From a virus: a stretch of 64,000 nucleotides of DNA. The stretch lies in the IMG/VR virus record IMGVR_UViG_3300029023_000077; one strand, written 5' to 3'. The notes under the pieces were generated by a model. The model ran no database searches, was not told the origin of the DNA, and saw only the letters and a program-made list of their open reading frames with translations. Position 1 is the first letter of the stretch. Each line of letters opens with the position of its first letter. A program made the translations under genes and the position numbers. Shown here piece after piece: positions 28,649 to 37,809 of the stretch.

Positions 28649-29071
28649 ATGAAGTATGATGGATTAGTTGTTGAATCTAGTATTATGTGTGGACAGTGCG
28701 CATTGGCTAGAAATGGCTTGACGACACATAACAGTGAGTCGCTGTGTTTTTGGACTTCCGTAAAAGAATTGGACGGCAAGGATTTTCGTTGTGTCACCTA
28801 CTATTACAAGAAGGATTTCGATACAGAACATTATCTAGCACCGGCTAAAACTAATCCACTCATTTTGATTCCAACGCCAGAACGTGCAATAGTTGAATAC
28901 ATTCAGAATGAAAAGTGGTGTGATGAGGGTACGCTAATTGAAGCATTGAAAAGCTACTTATTCAGGTATGGTAATACTGAGAAGTTGTTTGAGGTTGCAA
29001 GATTCTTTGGGCTATCTGAGGAGCATCTAAGCTATTGGATAACTGAAGCAGAGGAAGATGAGGAAATATAA
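28649..29071 (+). CDS. hypothetical acidic protein
   Basis: ATG 28649 with RBS GGAGAAAG; ORF open from 28616. Confidence 0.45.
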   Translation: MKYDGLVVESSIMCGQCALARNGLTTHNSESLCFWTSVKELDGKDFRCVTYYYKKDFDTEHYLAPAKTNPLILIPTPERAIVEYIQNEKWCDEGTLIEALKSYLFRYGNTEKLFEVARFFGLSEEHLSYWITEAEEDEEI

Positions 29072-29084
29072 ATAAACTGTAGGA

Positions 29085-29121
29085 AGACTGGGTATATTAC
29101 ACCCAGTCTTTTATTATGCTT
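29085..29121 (+). terminator. rho-independent terminator
   Basis: AAGACTGGGT-atattac-ACCCAGTCTT 10-bp stem then TTATTATGCTT. Confidence 0.6.
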
Positions 29122-29192
29122 AAAAATAATGATATGAACTGACATATCTAATTGGGAAGTAATTACAATTCAAGTGAAGAAGGTGAAATTTT

Positions 29193-29477
29193 ATGAAATT
29201 AGATTTAGCTAAATTATTTTCCGGTAACGAAGGTGAGCAGATTGTGGAGTTGACATATTGTCAGGTAAATCAGTTACCTGCTATTAGTGGATATTCCTAT
29301 TGGCTGGCTGTTAAAGGTTGCAATGCTATACAGTATTTTGGTGACGAAAGCGTTGAGGTTGTGGGAGAAACTGAAGAGTGTTTTGAACTGCGTAGTACAA
29401 CACGCAGCATTATTTCTCGTGACGATCGTGGATTCAAGTTAACAAAGGCTGAATTTGAAAATTTAGTAAAGGAGTAG
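29193..29477 (+). CDS. hypothetical protein
   Basis: 94-aa ORF with RBS GAAGGTG. Confidence 0.5.
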   Translation: MKLDLAKLFSGNEGEQIVELTYCQVNQLPAISGYSYWLAVKGCNAIQYFGDESVEVVGETEECFELRSTTRSIISRDDRGFKLTKAEFENLVKE

Positions 29478-29479
29478 TT

Positions 29480-29989
29480 ATGATATTAGGCATTACAGGA
29501 CCTAGACCATCCAAATTAAACTGGGGTTATGATATGAATAGCCCTAATTGGATGGCTTTACGTAGATATTTTATGCATTACTTCATTGAACATAATGTTA
29601 CTGAGGTTATTACAGGCATGGCCTTGGGTGTTGATACTGCAGCAGCATTAGCAGTTCTTGATTTAAAGGACCAAGGTTATGATATTATGTTACATTGTGC
29701 TATTCCGTGTCAGAATCAAGAGTCCAGATGGCTGCCGGAAAGTCAAAGGTTGTATAAGTCAATTCTGGATAGAGCTGATTTAGTCATCATTGTAACTGAT
29801 GCGCCATACTCACCTTGGTTAATGCAGACACGTAATCAGTACATTGTTAATATATCAGATCAAATGCTGGCTATTTGGGATGGTTCGCGTGGTGGTACAG
29901 CTAACTGCATTGATTATGCTCAAAAGATGCGGAAGCCGATTACTGTTGTACAACCTCTATTTGTTTTGGAGACTAATTATGGTTTATGA
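29480..29989 (+). CDS. SLOG-superfamily Rossmann protein (DprA/YpsA/LOG-like)
   Basis: ITGMALGVDTAAA and DGSRGGTANCIDYA resemble the GxD...PGGxGT signatures of DprA/YpsA/LOG proteins. Confidence 0.4.
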   Translation: MILGITGPRPSKLNWGYDMNSPNWMALRRYFMHYFIEHNVTEVITGMALGVDTAAALAVLDLKDQGYDIMLHCAIPCQNQESRWLPESQRLYKSILDRADLVIIVTDAPYSPWLMQTRNQYIVNISDQMLAIWDGSRGGTANCIDYAQKMRKPITVVQPLFVLETNYGL

Positions 29990-30155
29990 AGTGAAGGAAA
30001 GTAAGGAGTCATTGAATGGCATAGGAATGCGAGTTGGTATTTGTTCACATTGTGGGCAGCCAGTAACTTATTGGTTAAACAGATACACATGTCATTTCTG
30101 CCATGCTGAGGTTTTATGGAAGAATGGTGGACAGGATGATGAGAAGAAACAGTAG
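29979..30155 (+). CDS. small zinc-ribbon protein
   Basis: CSHCG ... CHFCH four-Cys/His ribbon; reading frame open from 29844. Confidence 0.35.
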   Translation: MVYEVKESKESLNGIGMRVGICSHCGQPVTYWLNRYTCHFCHAEVLWKNGGQDDEKKQ

Positions 30156-30753
30156 ATCTAGAGTATGTGAAATTAAAGAGGTAACGCAACATAAACTTGC
30201 AGCTTGTCCTAGCTGTAGTAAGATTATTGACCAGCTATCTAGTACAAAAGAATGTACTTATTGCGGTGTCAAGCTCCGTTGGCCCAAGGATAGCACAAAG
30301 GTTATCAGGTGTATTGATCCGTACAGGGGATTATACACGGGAGACATAGTAGTTCATTTTAAACGAGAACTTATGTCAGAAGAAGATCTGAAAGAGGAAC
30401 CTAATTTGTATATGTATGAAATTCTAGGGGAAGTAATGTCAGCAGACAATCTTGAAGAAATGGTCATTTACAGGGCACTTTATGAAGGTAACGCCATTTA
30501 TGCTCGTAAGAAATGTGAGTTCCTTGATAGTGTTGATAAAATTAAATACCCTGAAATCAAACAAATACATAGATTTGAGAAGATGGTACGTTGTATGGCT
30601 TCTGTAAATCAGGTGAGGGTTCATCATGCAGAGCTGTCTACTGCTGACCTTAGCGAGCTTGCCCAGATGCAGAGAGCTTGCAATAAGGCAGGAGATGGCA
30701 AAAGAGGAGAAGGAGGTATTTTATGCCAGATTATAGGAAAGTCCAAGAACTAG
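30103..30753 (+). CDS. zinc-ribbon protein
   Basis: CPSC ... CTYCG ribbon; start uncertain (ATG at 30103, 30124 or 30136). Confidence 0.5.
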   Translation: MLRFYGRMVDRMMRRNSRSRVCEIKEVTQHKLAACPSCSKIIDQLSSTKECTYCGVKLRWPKDSTKVIRCIDPYRGLYTGDIVVHFKRELMSEEDLKEEPNLYMYEILGEVMSADNLEEMVIYRALYEGNAIYARKKCEFLDSVDKIKYPEIKQIHRFEKMVRCMASVNQVRVHHAELSTADLSELAQMQRACNKAGDGKRGEGGILCQIIGKSKN

Positions 30754-31103
30754 AGTCAGCAAGGATACTAACAGAACAGTATTATGCAGATTGTGTTAAA
30801 TATATTGATGTGAAGCCAGGCAGTCCTGGAGTATCAACTTCTCTATACTATGCAAAAGATCATGAAGATGTTGTGCATAATTATATATTTACTACTTATT
30901 TTACAGAAACAACATACTTAACAATTATCATTGATACGACATGGTTAGTTGAAGTAGGCAGAGTATATACAGAAATAGATGGAGTAATGGCTACTACGTG
31001 CTTTGACGGGTCAGTTGGATATTTCAGTGGGTTGAGTGACATTGCTAGAGACATACGTAAACGTCTGTCAAAGGGAGTAAATAGTTATGTTGAAACAGTG
31101 TAA
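30723..31103 (+). CDS. hypothetical protein
   Basis: 126-aa ORF. Confidence 0.45.
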   Translation: MPDYRKVQELESARILTEQYYADCVKYIDVKPGSPGVSTSLYYAKDHEDVVHNYIFTTYFTETTYLTIIIDTTWLVEVGRVYTEIDGVMATTCFDGSVGYFSGLSDIARDIRKRLSKGVNSYVETV

Positions 31104-31275
31104 AGATACGAAGAGTAAGCATAGGAAACGGCTTCATGCTAAGGCTTTGTGTGACTCTAAGAAACAGACTCCTGAGCAGGTTCTTTATGGGTTAATTGTA
31201 AATGTGGACGGTTAGCCAGTCCGTTCAATGCAGAATGTTATTGGTGTTTTCAGAAATTAAAGAGAGGTATATAAA

Positions 31276-31500
31276 ATGAGTAAAGTTAGTGTATTCGTAG
31301 AAGAGCATTTAGTACGTGAATTGACGTTTGATGTACAAGATGAAGATGCAGACGCTAGAATGGTCAAAGCAGAAAAGTTAGCAAGAGAGCAAATTAAAGC
31401 TAGGGAGGTTGTTTTGAACGCTAATGATTTTAGCGGCACACGGTTGCTTATGGTGCGGGACCATCAGTCAGATTTTGAGACGAATTGGTTTAATTTTTAA
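31276..31500 (+). CDS. hypothetical small protein
   Basis: 74-aa ORF. Confidence 0.45.
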   Translation: MSKVSVFVEEHLVRELTFDVQDEDADARMVKAEKLAREQIKAREVVLNANDFSGTRLLMVRDHQSDFETNWFNF

Positions 31501-31525
31501 AGAAAGAGGAAGGAGAAATAATTAG

Positions 31526-32479
31526 ATGTTTTTAATTGTATTAAGTATTTTATTATTCATTGCAGCATTTGTTGGCTTAGGCTTCAAGAGGTTTGATGTA
31601 GAGGTAGATGGGTGTGTAGAAGATGTGATTAAGTGGAAGATCAATTTTAAGCAGGTATTAAGCCTACTTGCTTTTATTTTGATTATTCCAGCTTGTATTG
31701 CGAAGGTACCTGCTAATTCTGTTGGTATCTTATACTCGCCGTTTACAGGCACAAGTGAAATAACTTTATCGGAAGGCTACCATTCAAAGAACCCATTAGA
31801 TACTGTTTACAACATATCGTCTGAGGTGCAGACAATGTCCGTGTCTAATTTGACTACACAGACAAAGGATGCTCAATTTGTTAACTCAACGCTTGACATT
31901 AAGTACCGTGTCGATCAGGATAAAGCATTCTTAGTGTTTAAGCAGTTTAAGACTTTGGATAATATGTCACAGAATCTTATTATCCCTACAACACAGAGAG
32001 TATTGGAACTTATCACTACGAGATATAATGTTATGGACGTCCTTGGTGAGAGTAGAAGTCAGATTTATGCAGAACTTGAGGCAGACTTATCAAAAGAACT
32101 TGCTAAGTACGGTGTAGCATTTTATTCAATCTCTATTTCTGATATGGATGCAGGGTCTGAAATTGAAGCTGCTATTACTGCAGAGGCTGTAGCTAAGAAA
32201 GCTGTAGAAACTGCAGAGCAGGAGTTATTGAAGACAGAGACAGAAGCTAAGAAGAAGGCTGTAGAAGCACAGGCTGCTCAGGATGCTGCTAAGATTGAGG
32301 CTGAGACAAAGATTATTCAGGCACAGGCTGAAAAAGAAGCTAATGAGCTGTTACAGCAGTCTCTTTCACAGCATATTCTTGCTCAGGAATGGATTGCTAA
32401 GTGGAATGGTAAAACACCTACATATTATAGTGGTAGTGCCAATGACTTATTACTTAACATGGGTAATCTTGAGGAGTAG
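31526..32479 (+). CDS. SPFH / band-7 (stomatin-prohibitin-HflKC) membrane protein
   Basis: N-terminal TM helix, then SPFH core and alanine/glutamate-rich coiled-coil tail EAKKKAVEAQAAQDAAKIEAETKIIQAQAEKEA. Confidence 0.65.
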   Translation: MFLIVLSILLFIAAFVGLGFKRFDVEVDGCVEDVIKWKINFKQVLSLLAFILIIPACIAKVPANSVGILYSPFTGTSEITLSEGYHSKNPLDTVYNISSEVQTMSVSNLTTQTKDAQFVNSTLDIKYRVDQDKAFLVFKQFKTLDNMSQNLIIPTTQRVLELITTRYNVMDVLGESRSQIYAELEADLSKELAKYGVAFYSISISDMDAGSEIEAAITAEAVAKKAVETAEQELLKTETEAKKKAVEAQAAQDAAKIEAETKIIQAQAEKEANELLQQSLSQHILAQEWIAKWNGKTPTYYSGSANDLLLNMGNLEE

Positions 32480-32482
32480 CAG

Positions 32483-32593
32483 ATGGAAAAGAAAGAAGTT
32501 CATAAATATTATGCTTGCATTAAAGTTGTACCTGATGCAACATTTAATCTGAGCGATGGTTCTGTTAATACAATCAAAGCTACAATTACGTAA
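32483..32593 (+). CDS. small ORF (36 aa) followed in frame by a second ORF
   Basis: RBS GAGGAG; TAA at 32591-32593 separates it from an in-frame ATG at 32624. Confidence 0.3.
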   Translation: MEKKEVHKYYACIKVVPDATFNLSDGSVNTIKATIT

Positions 32594-32623
32594 AGTAAAA
32601 CAGGTTTTGTGAGAACTGACAGA

Positions 32624-32749
32624 ATGCCTAGCAATATGCAGGTGAAAGTGGGCACAGACATCACAGGAAGTATTACATCAACATCACAGCCTGGAGTCTG
32701 GGATGGCACTTTCAACTTTACAAGCAGTACGGAAAAATTAACAAATTAG
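32624..32749 (+). CDS. small ORF (41 aa), in frame with 32483 ORF
   Basis: MPSNMQVKVGTDITGSITS...; same reading frame as the upstream small ORF. Confidence 0.3.
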   Translation: MPSNMQVKVGTDITGSITSTSQPGVWDGTFNFTSSTEKLTN

Positions 32750-32818
32750 TGCAGAAGGTTAGGTAATTTCAAAATTACCTAACCTTCCCTACGAATTGAT
32801 TAGTTTAAGGAGAATGGG

Positions 32819-33742
32819 ATGAAATTTGAAGATATAGAGCCATATATAGTTTGTAAAGCAGCGCCTCTTCCTGCTGAACTTAATGGGAGAGTGAGTATTG
32901 GGTTTAAGAATGTAGAAATACATTTGGAAGAGTGGCATGTTAGAGATAATATTGTATCAGCAGTAGCAAGGCGTAATATCTTGCAGTCTGGTCTGAATGT
33001 TGTAGGTGTCCATGCACCGTTGAAGCACGATGAACTTGTCAACACATTAATTCCAGAAGTTTGCATTAACTCGGATATTCGTGGAGAAGTATCTAGAACA
33101 TTATCCCTTGCACAAGACTTGGCAGATGTGATGAAGCATAAAGTTTATGTTGTACTTCACTCATTGTCATCGGTAGAGCTGTTGAAGCAGGAAGGCCAAG
33201 TCTGGAATAGTATATCGAATTTCTTTTTGAAAAGCATACATGAATACCCGGATGTCGTATACACTTTTGAGAATATAACGCCAATATGTGAGGTAGGGAC
33301 GTTTGTTTCAGGGTCTTGTTTTGAGAATGTAAGTATGTGTAAAGCTCTAAGAGAGGAGATAGGGCAGTCCTATTTCTTTACAACATTAGATACATGCCAT
33401 GCATTGACGACGACACGGATGTACAATTTGTTGAATGAATATGATAACAATATTATATGCCAGAAGTTTGATACTTTTGCTAATATCAATCGAAAGTACG
33501 TGAATAATATACATTTATCCTATGTAGAACAGCTTGGATTTGCTCCCGGCACACATGGCATATCTCATGATTTAGCAAACCGTGAATCGTGCGATCATTT
33601 TAATGAGTGTATGGAGTACATTACATCATTGTCAGATAATATGCCTCATATCACGTTGGAGGTAAAAGAGCAGGATTATAGTAATCCACAAAGCTCTATT
33701 ATACAACGACAGAATATAGCAGAATATTTTAATAAGGAGTGA
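32819..33742 (+). CDS. xylose-isomerase-like TIM-barrel protein, endonuclease IV (Nfo)-like
   Basis: TFENITP (cf. VIENTAG) and FFTTLDTCHALT (cf. Nfo GVCIDTCHAFAAGY) metal-ligand motifs. Confidence 0.5.
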   Translation: MKFEDIEPYIVCKAAPLPAELNGRVSIGFKNVEIHLEEWHVRDNIVSAVARRNILQSGLNVVGVHAPLKHDELVNTLIPEVCINSDIRGEVSRTLSLAQDLADVMKHKVYVVLHSLSSVELLKQEGQVWNSISNFFLKSIHEYPDVVYTFENITPICEVGTFVSGSCFENVSMCKALREEIGQSYFFTTLDTCHALTTTRMYNLLNEYDNNIICQKFDTFANINRKYVNNIHLSYVEQLGFAPGTHGISHDLANRESCDHFNECMEYITSLSDNMPHITLEVKEQDYSNPQSSIIQRQNIAEYFNKE

Positions 33743-33746
33743 AAGT

Positions 33747-33968
33747 ATGTTCTTAGAAAATATTGACTCTCACACACTATTTATAATTGGGATAGCAATT
33801 GCTGTCTTAGTCATTGCAAAAATGATAGGCAAGGCGGTGAAGTTATGCGTAGCTTTAGTCATTGTGATTATAGTGCTTAGCTTTGCCGGTGTATTTGGGT
33901 CAGATGGGTTATTTAGTTCAAACATACCTGACACATATTATTGTCTTAATACAGGAGGTTATAGATGA
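33747..33968 (+). CDS. small two-TM membrane protein
   Basis: 73 aa with two hydrophobic helices. Confidence 0.45.
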   Translation: MFLENIDSHTLFIIGIAIAVLVIAKMIGKAVKLCVALVIVIIVLSFAGVFGSDGLFSSNIPDTYYCLNTGGYR

Positions 33969-34615
33969 ATCTTTGTGATTTGAAGATTGGTGATGCTATA
34001 ACAGTAAAAGCTTCACATGGTTTGGACTGTATTGAGTTCCAATCTACAATTGCAGGCAGTGTGAATGGTATAGCTGTAATGGATCCAGTTATCAGCTCGT
34101 CAAAGCTGGTAAATTTTGTATCAGATTTTGTTAAGACAGATATCCTGTATGAAGCTAGTAATAGTGCTACTTACATATTTACGAATGTACATATTCTTAA
34201 TGAAAAGGATATGAATGGTAAGTTAATGTCCTTTATCCATTGTAGGGATGAGGGTATGCTCTTAAATAGACGAGAGACTAAACGTTTTGTTGTAAATGAA
34301 GTTTGTGTTTTCTCACCTGGTCCACACAGGGCAGCTGTGAATGCTACGATTAGAGATATCAGCCTGGACGGTGTATGTATTGTAAGCACGCTAGTTGCAT
34401 CAGTTGGAAGTATCGGGAGATTCTCTTTTATTCCAGAGAAAGTAAAGGGATTAGGGAATATTTCAGAGGAGATAGAAATCTGTCGTGTTGTAAATGACCC
34501 AGAGAGTGATCGTGTTATGTGTGGTTGTAAATTTACATCACGTAACAATATGATAAATAAGTACATTGCAGCTTATCAGAGACAACTGCTGAAAGATAAG
34601 GCTAATCCTAGTTAA
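33965..34615 (+). CDS. PilZ-domain protein (putative c-di-GMP receptor)
   Basis: RRETKR (RxxxR) followed ~30 aa later by RDISLDGVCIV (D-x-S-x-x-G). Confidence 0.5.
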   Translation: MNLCDLKIGDAITVKASHGLDCIEFQSTIAGSVNGIAVMDPVISSSKLVNFVSDFVKTDILYEASNSATYIFTNVHILNEKDMNGKLMSFIHCRDEGMLLNRRETKRFVVNEVCVFSPGPHRAAVNATIRDISLDGVCIVSTLVASVGSIGRFSFIPEKVKGLGNISEEIEICRVVNDPESDRVMCGCKFTSRNNMINKYIAAYQRQLLKDKANPS

Positions 34616-34708
34616 ATTGGGTTAGCCTATCTGTTGAAGAATATTATTTTATGTAAAACTTGACGTAAAGTTGTAAGGAACTATATTATATAATGAGGTG
34701 GTGATAAA

Positions 34709-35839
34709 ATGATTGATATTTCAAAAGAAAGAGCTGGCATGACCAAAGAAGTTACTATAAACCTTGAGTCAGTTAGATATAGCTGCGAATTACAGTTACG
34801 CAATAAATTAACATGTATTGTTGGAGATAGTGGTAGAGGAAAAACAGAGTTTACACGACAGCTACAGTATCCATTAACAAGAGTAGCTGTATCTAATGGG
34901 TATCAAGTTGTAAATTTAACAAATGTGTTATTTCAACAGTCATTACAATTTGCACTAAGACACAATAAGAATAATGATAAAGTGTCCAAATTCTTAAATG
35001 AATATTGGAGTAATTTAGATAACGTGCCATATCAAAATTGTATTTTGATAATTGATGATGAAGAATTTATTAAAACAGAAGAATTTGCAGTATATTATAA
35101 TACAGATATATCAAATTACTTTGTTATAATTGATAGATCTGATCTACATCAGTTGTCATACTCACCGTCCTCTATATATAAATTTGTAGCACAAGGAAAA
35201 AATCACTATATAGCAGAATATTATGATTTTAATTGGGACCCAGAGGCATGCATTGATTACATTATAGTAGAAGGAGTTGGTTCTGATTATATCTTTTTCA
35301 AAGAGATGTTCAAGTCTAAATTTGTTGTCTGTAATCCTATGCAATTTTCTGACTTGAATAGTGGTGGTAGATTTAATGTAGTGAAAATGTTAGAGACAAA
35401 CACTAATATATTTCAGGGAAAAACTATTATGCTGCTGGTTGATTATTGTGCATTTGGTAGTAATATTCAAAGTTTGCAGAACTTGTGTTCCAAATTAAAT
35501 ATGAGGTTACTTTTGAATCCAAAATACCTTTCATTTGAGTATATGCTGCTGAAAAGTAATCTAATTAAATGTGATATTGATAATTTATTGTCTAAAGAGC
35601 AAGTTACTTGTAGTAATGTAGAAGAATACTGTACTAGGAAGCTGAGAGAAGTGACTAATGGTACTTATTATGCTTATAGTAAGGCTGGTTCTGATTTTAG
35701 TGTATGCTATTATAAAGATTGTTGTCAAAATCAGAGTAATAGGGGTGACTGCTCACATAGACTGCAGTACATTAATAAATCTAAAATTATGGAACTTCTA
35801 AGGAAAACAGATTTTGAATTTCTTTTAGACTTAAAGTAG
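34709..35839 (+). CDS. P-loop NTPase with Toprim-like C-terminal region (OLD/DUF4435-like?)
   Basis: Walker A GDSGRGKT, Walker B-like CILIIDDEE, later YIIVEGVGSDYIFF (Toprim-type Glu); lies in a markedly AT-rich segment. Confidence 0.45.
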   Translation: MIDISKERAGMTKEVTINLESVRYSCELQLRNKLTCIVGDSGRGKTEFTRQLQYPLTRVAVSNGYQVVNLTNVLFQQSLQFALRHNKNNDKVSKFLNEYWSNLDNVPYQNCILIIDDEEFIKTEEFAVYYNTDISNYFVIIDRSDLHQLSYSPSSIYKFVAQGKNHYIAEYYDFNWDPEACIDYIIVEGVGSDYIFFKEMFKSKFVVCNPMQFSDLNSGGRFNVVKMLETNTNIFQGKTIMLLVDYCAFGSNIQSLQNLCSKLNMRLLLNPKYLSFEYMLLKSNLIKCDIDNLLSKEQVTCSNVEEYCTRKLREVTNGTYYAYSKAGSDFSVCYYKDCCQNQSNRGDCSHRLQYINKSKIMELLRKTDFEFLLDLK

Positions 35840-35846
35840 GAGGTAT

Positions 35847-36314
35847 ATGTGTATGTTGTATATCTATATCGAAGAAGATGATAAGCCATTGCCAAGTGAT
35901 TATATGTCAAGGGTTTCCGACTGCTTTGATGGTATTTATTTGCCTGAATGGTTTAGTGATCCATTTGTCAGAGAAATGATTGAAATTATTGATAACTCTG
36001 TTGTTGAGCAAAACAATACTACAGACAGCATTAATATCTTTAATTCTGTTTTAGGTAACATACCTCCACAGAATTTGTCAACTGGTGTAAAAGCTCTTAT
36101 ACTGTTGTATAAAACAGATCTGAAGATTGATGGTGACAGGCTAGGTGATAATTGTATACCATTATTATTAAGAATTGCAGACAAGAAAGATATAACCATA
36201 TCCCTTGGGCATTTTCCAGCGTTTCCTGATAAGTTTGATGCAATAATTGTCAATAACGGTGTAAAGATTCACTCAGACATGGAGTTCTTTCATTGGAGAA
36301 TAAACCTAGTGTGA
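35847..36314 (+). CDS. hypothetical protein in the AT-rich islet
   Basis: 155-aa ORF with RBS GGAGG; LSTGVKALILLY resembles an ABC signature motif. Confidence 0.45.
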   Translation: MCMLYIYIEEDDKPLPSDYMSRVSDCFDGIYLPEWFSDPFVREMIEIIDNSVVEQNNTTDSINIFNSVLGNIPPQNLSTGVKALILLYKTDLKIDGDRLGDNCIPLLLRIADKKDITISLGHFPAFPDKFDAIIVNNGVKIHSDMEFFHWRINLV

Positions 36315-36329
36315 TATAAATAGATAAAC

Positions 36330-36364
36330 AGCTTAGACTTGAAATAGTCTGGGCTGTTTTTTCA
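36330..36364 (+). terminator. rho-independent terminator
   Basis: AGCTTAGACT-tgaaat-AGTCTGGGCT (two G-U pairs) then GTTTTTTC. Confidence 0.6.
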
Positions 36365-36579
36365 ATTGCCTTAAAATTTTATTATCAGCTTACCATATAT
36401 ATTTGAGGATATATTTTATATATCAGAAAGTGAGGAATTTATTTTATGAGACACAAAATGCGTAAAGGTTTTATCTTAGGTGTAGTTTCAACAGTCGTTA
36501 GTTATTGTTGTTACTGTATGGTAGAGGATTACGTTATGTCAAAGAAAACAACTATTTAAAATCAGAAAGGAGTAATTTT

Positions 36580-37806
36580 ATGTTAAAGAGAATGTGTAAA
36601 GTAGGTTTAGGTGTGGCTGGTGTTGTAGGAGCTTATGGTTTATATAAGCTCACTAAGGATATGAATACAGCTGTAGAGACCTGTGATGTAACAGACAGTC
36701 AAGAAGATAGTAGCGCTACTGCTGAAGATACTGAAGCTAAGATAAAGAGGCTTCGGGTTGAATTAACAGGAATGTTTAAGGAAACAGGTGACTATCAGTT
36801 CGTAAACCACTTAGAGGAAGCTATAAGGGAAGGAAGTACAGTTCTTATTGTTGGCCTGATTAGTTATAGAATTTCCCTTATTAATTGGATGAAAGAGTAT
36901 TACGAAGCATCCGGTAAGAATTTGAATATTGTAGATCCAGTACTTAATGCTAAAGCAGTTAAAGCTTGCAATGAACCTACAGTATATGGGGCATCAAGAG
37001 TATTAGAATCTGATGCAATTGATGTAATATTTAAAATTGATCCCCCTAATGATGTTACAGATATTGAATTGTTACCAACTGTATCAGTACATCTACCAGG
37101 TTATCAGCTGTTTGAAGGTATTGACATTATTGAGGATGGTTACACGAAGCAGTATATCGATAAGGCTGTTGAGCTGGGTAGTCATGTTCTTATTGCTGGT
37201 GAAAATTCGGGATTCAAAGCTCAGTTTATAGACCATCTTGGAAGATATGCAGAGGATAAGTTAGGTTATTTACTCAATTCCTGGGATATTGAAGACATAT
37301 TGCCTTCTTCTGGAGCAAGTAAAAGATTTAGTTTGACTGTTGCAGAGAAGGATATTTCTGAGTTGGAACATAAATTCTATACGCCACATGATTATGATCT
37401 GATTTTAAATGTTTGTAAGGTTGAGGAAATGACGCATCTACAGGTTGTGGCAAGATCATTCAGCTTGGACACATCTATTGAATTGTACAATGCTCTGAAA
37501 CTGGTTGGATATACTTTTGAACAGCCTGTTGAAGGCATCAATTTTCTTGTAAAGATTTTGCAGAAAGAGGCTGAGGTTATTGTTGTTGGTCCAGACAGTA
37601 CTGACAGAAGTATACTCTGTGGTATTCTTAATACAGCAGCTTCTGACCTTTCTGAAATTAAAGTTATTGATTCTAAGTGCGTATCTAAAGAAGATGCGTT
37701 ACAAAAAGGAATTGTTAAAGAATCATGCGTCATACTCAATATTTCAGGATTAGGAGGAGCTAAGCGGATTAGCTATACATTTTGTGAAAGAGAAAAGGAG
37801 AATTAA
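36580..37806 (+). CDS. membrane-anchored hypothetical protein
   Basis: ATG 36580 after RBS GAAAGGAG; N-terminal helix VGLGVAGVVGAYGLY; ORF open from 36505. Confidence 0.5.
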   Translation: MLKRMCKVGLGVAGVVGAYGLYKLTKDMNTAVETCDVTDSQEDSSATAEDTEAKIKRLRVELTGMFKETGDYQFVNHLEEAIREGSTVLIVGLISYRISLINWMKEYYEASGKNLNIVDPVLNAKAVKACNEPTVYGASRVLESDAIDVIFKIDPPNDVTDIELLPTVSVHLPGYQLFEGIDIIEDGYTKQYIDKAVELGSHVLIAGENSGFKAQFIDHLGRYAEDKLGYLLNSWDIEDILPSSGASKRFSLTVAEKDISELEHKFYTPHDYDLILNVCKVEEMTHLQVVARSFSLDTSIELYNALKLVGYTFEQPVEGINFLVKILQKEAEVIVVGPDSTDRSILCGILNTAASDLSEIKVIDSKCVSKEDALQKGIVKESCVILNISGLGGAKRISYTFCEREKEN

Positions 37807-37809
37807 ATA

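Noticed and set aside
29844-29978. N-terminal 45 codons of ORF 29844-30155 overlapping the SLOG-like gene
   Set aside because: The overlap is out of frame with a better-supported gene. The zinc-ribbon part begins at an internal ATG (29979), so only that part is annotated.
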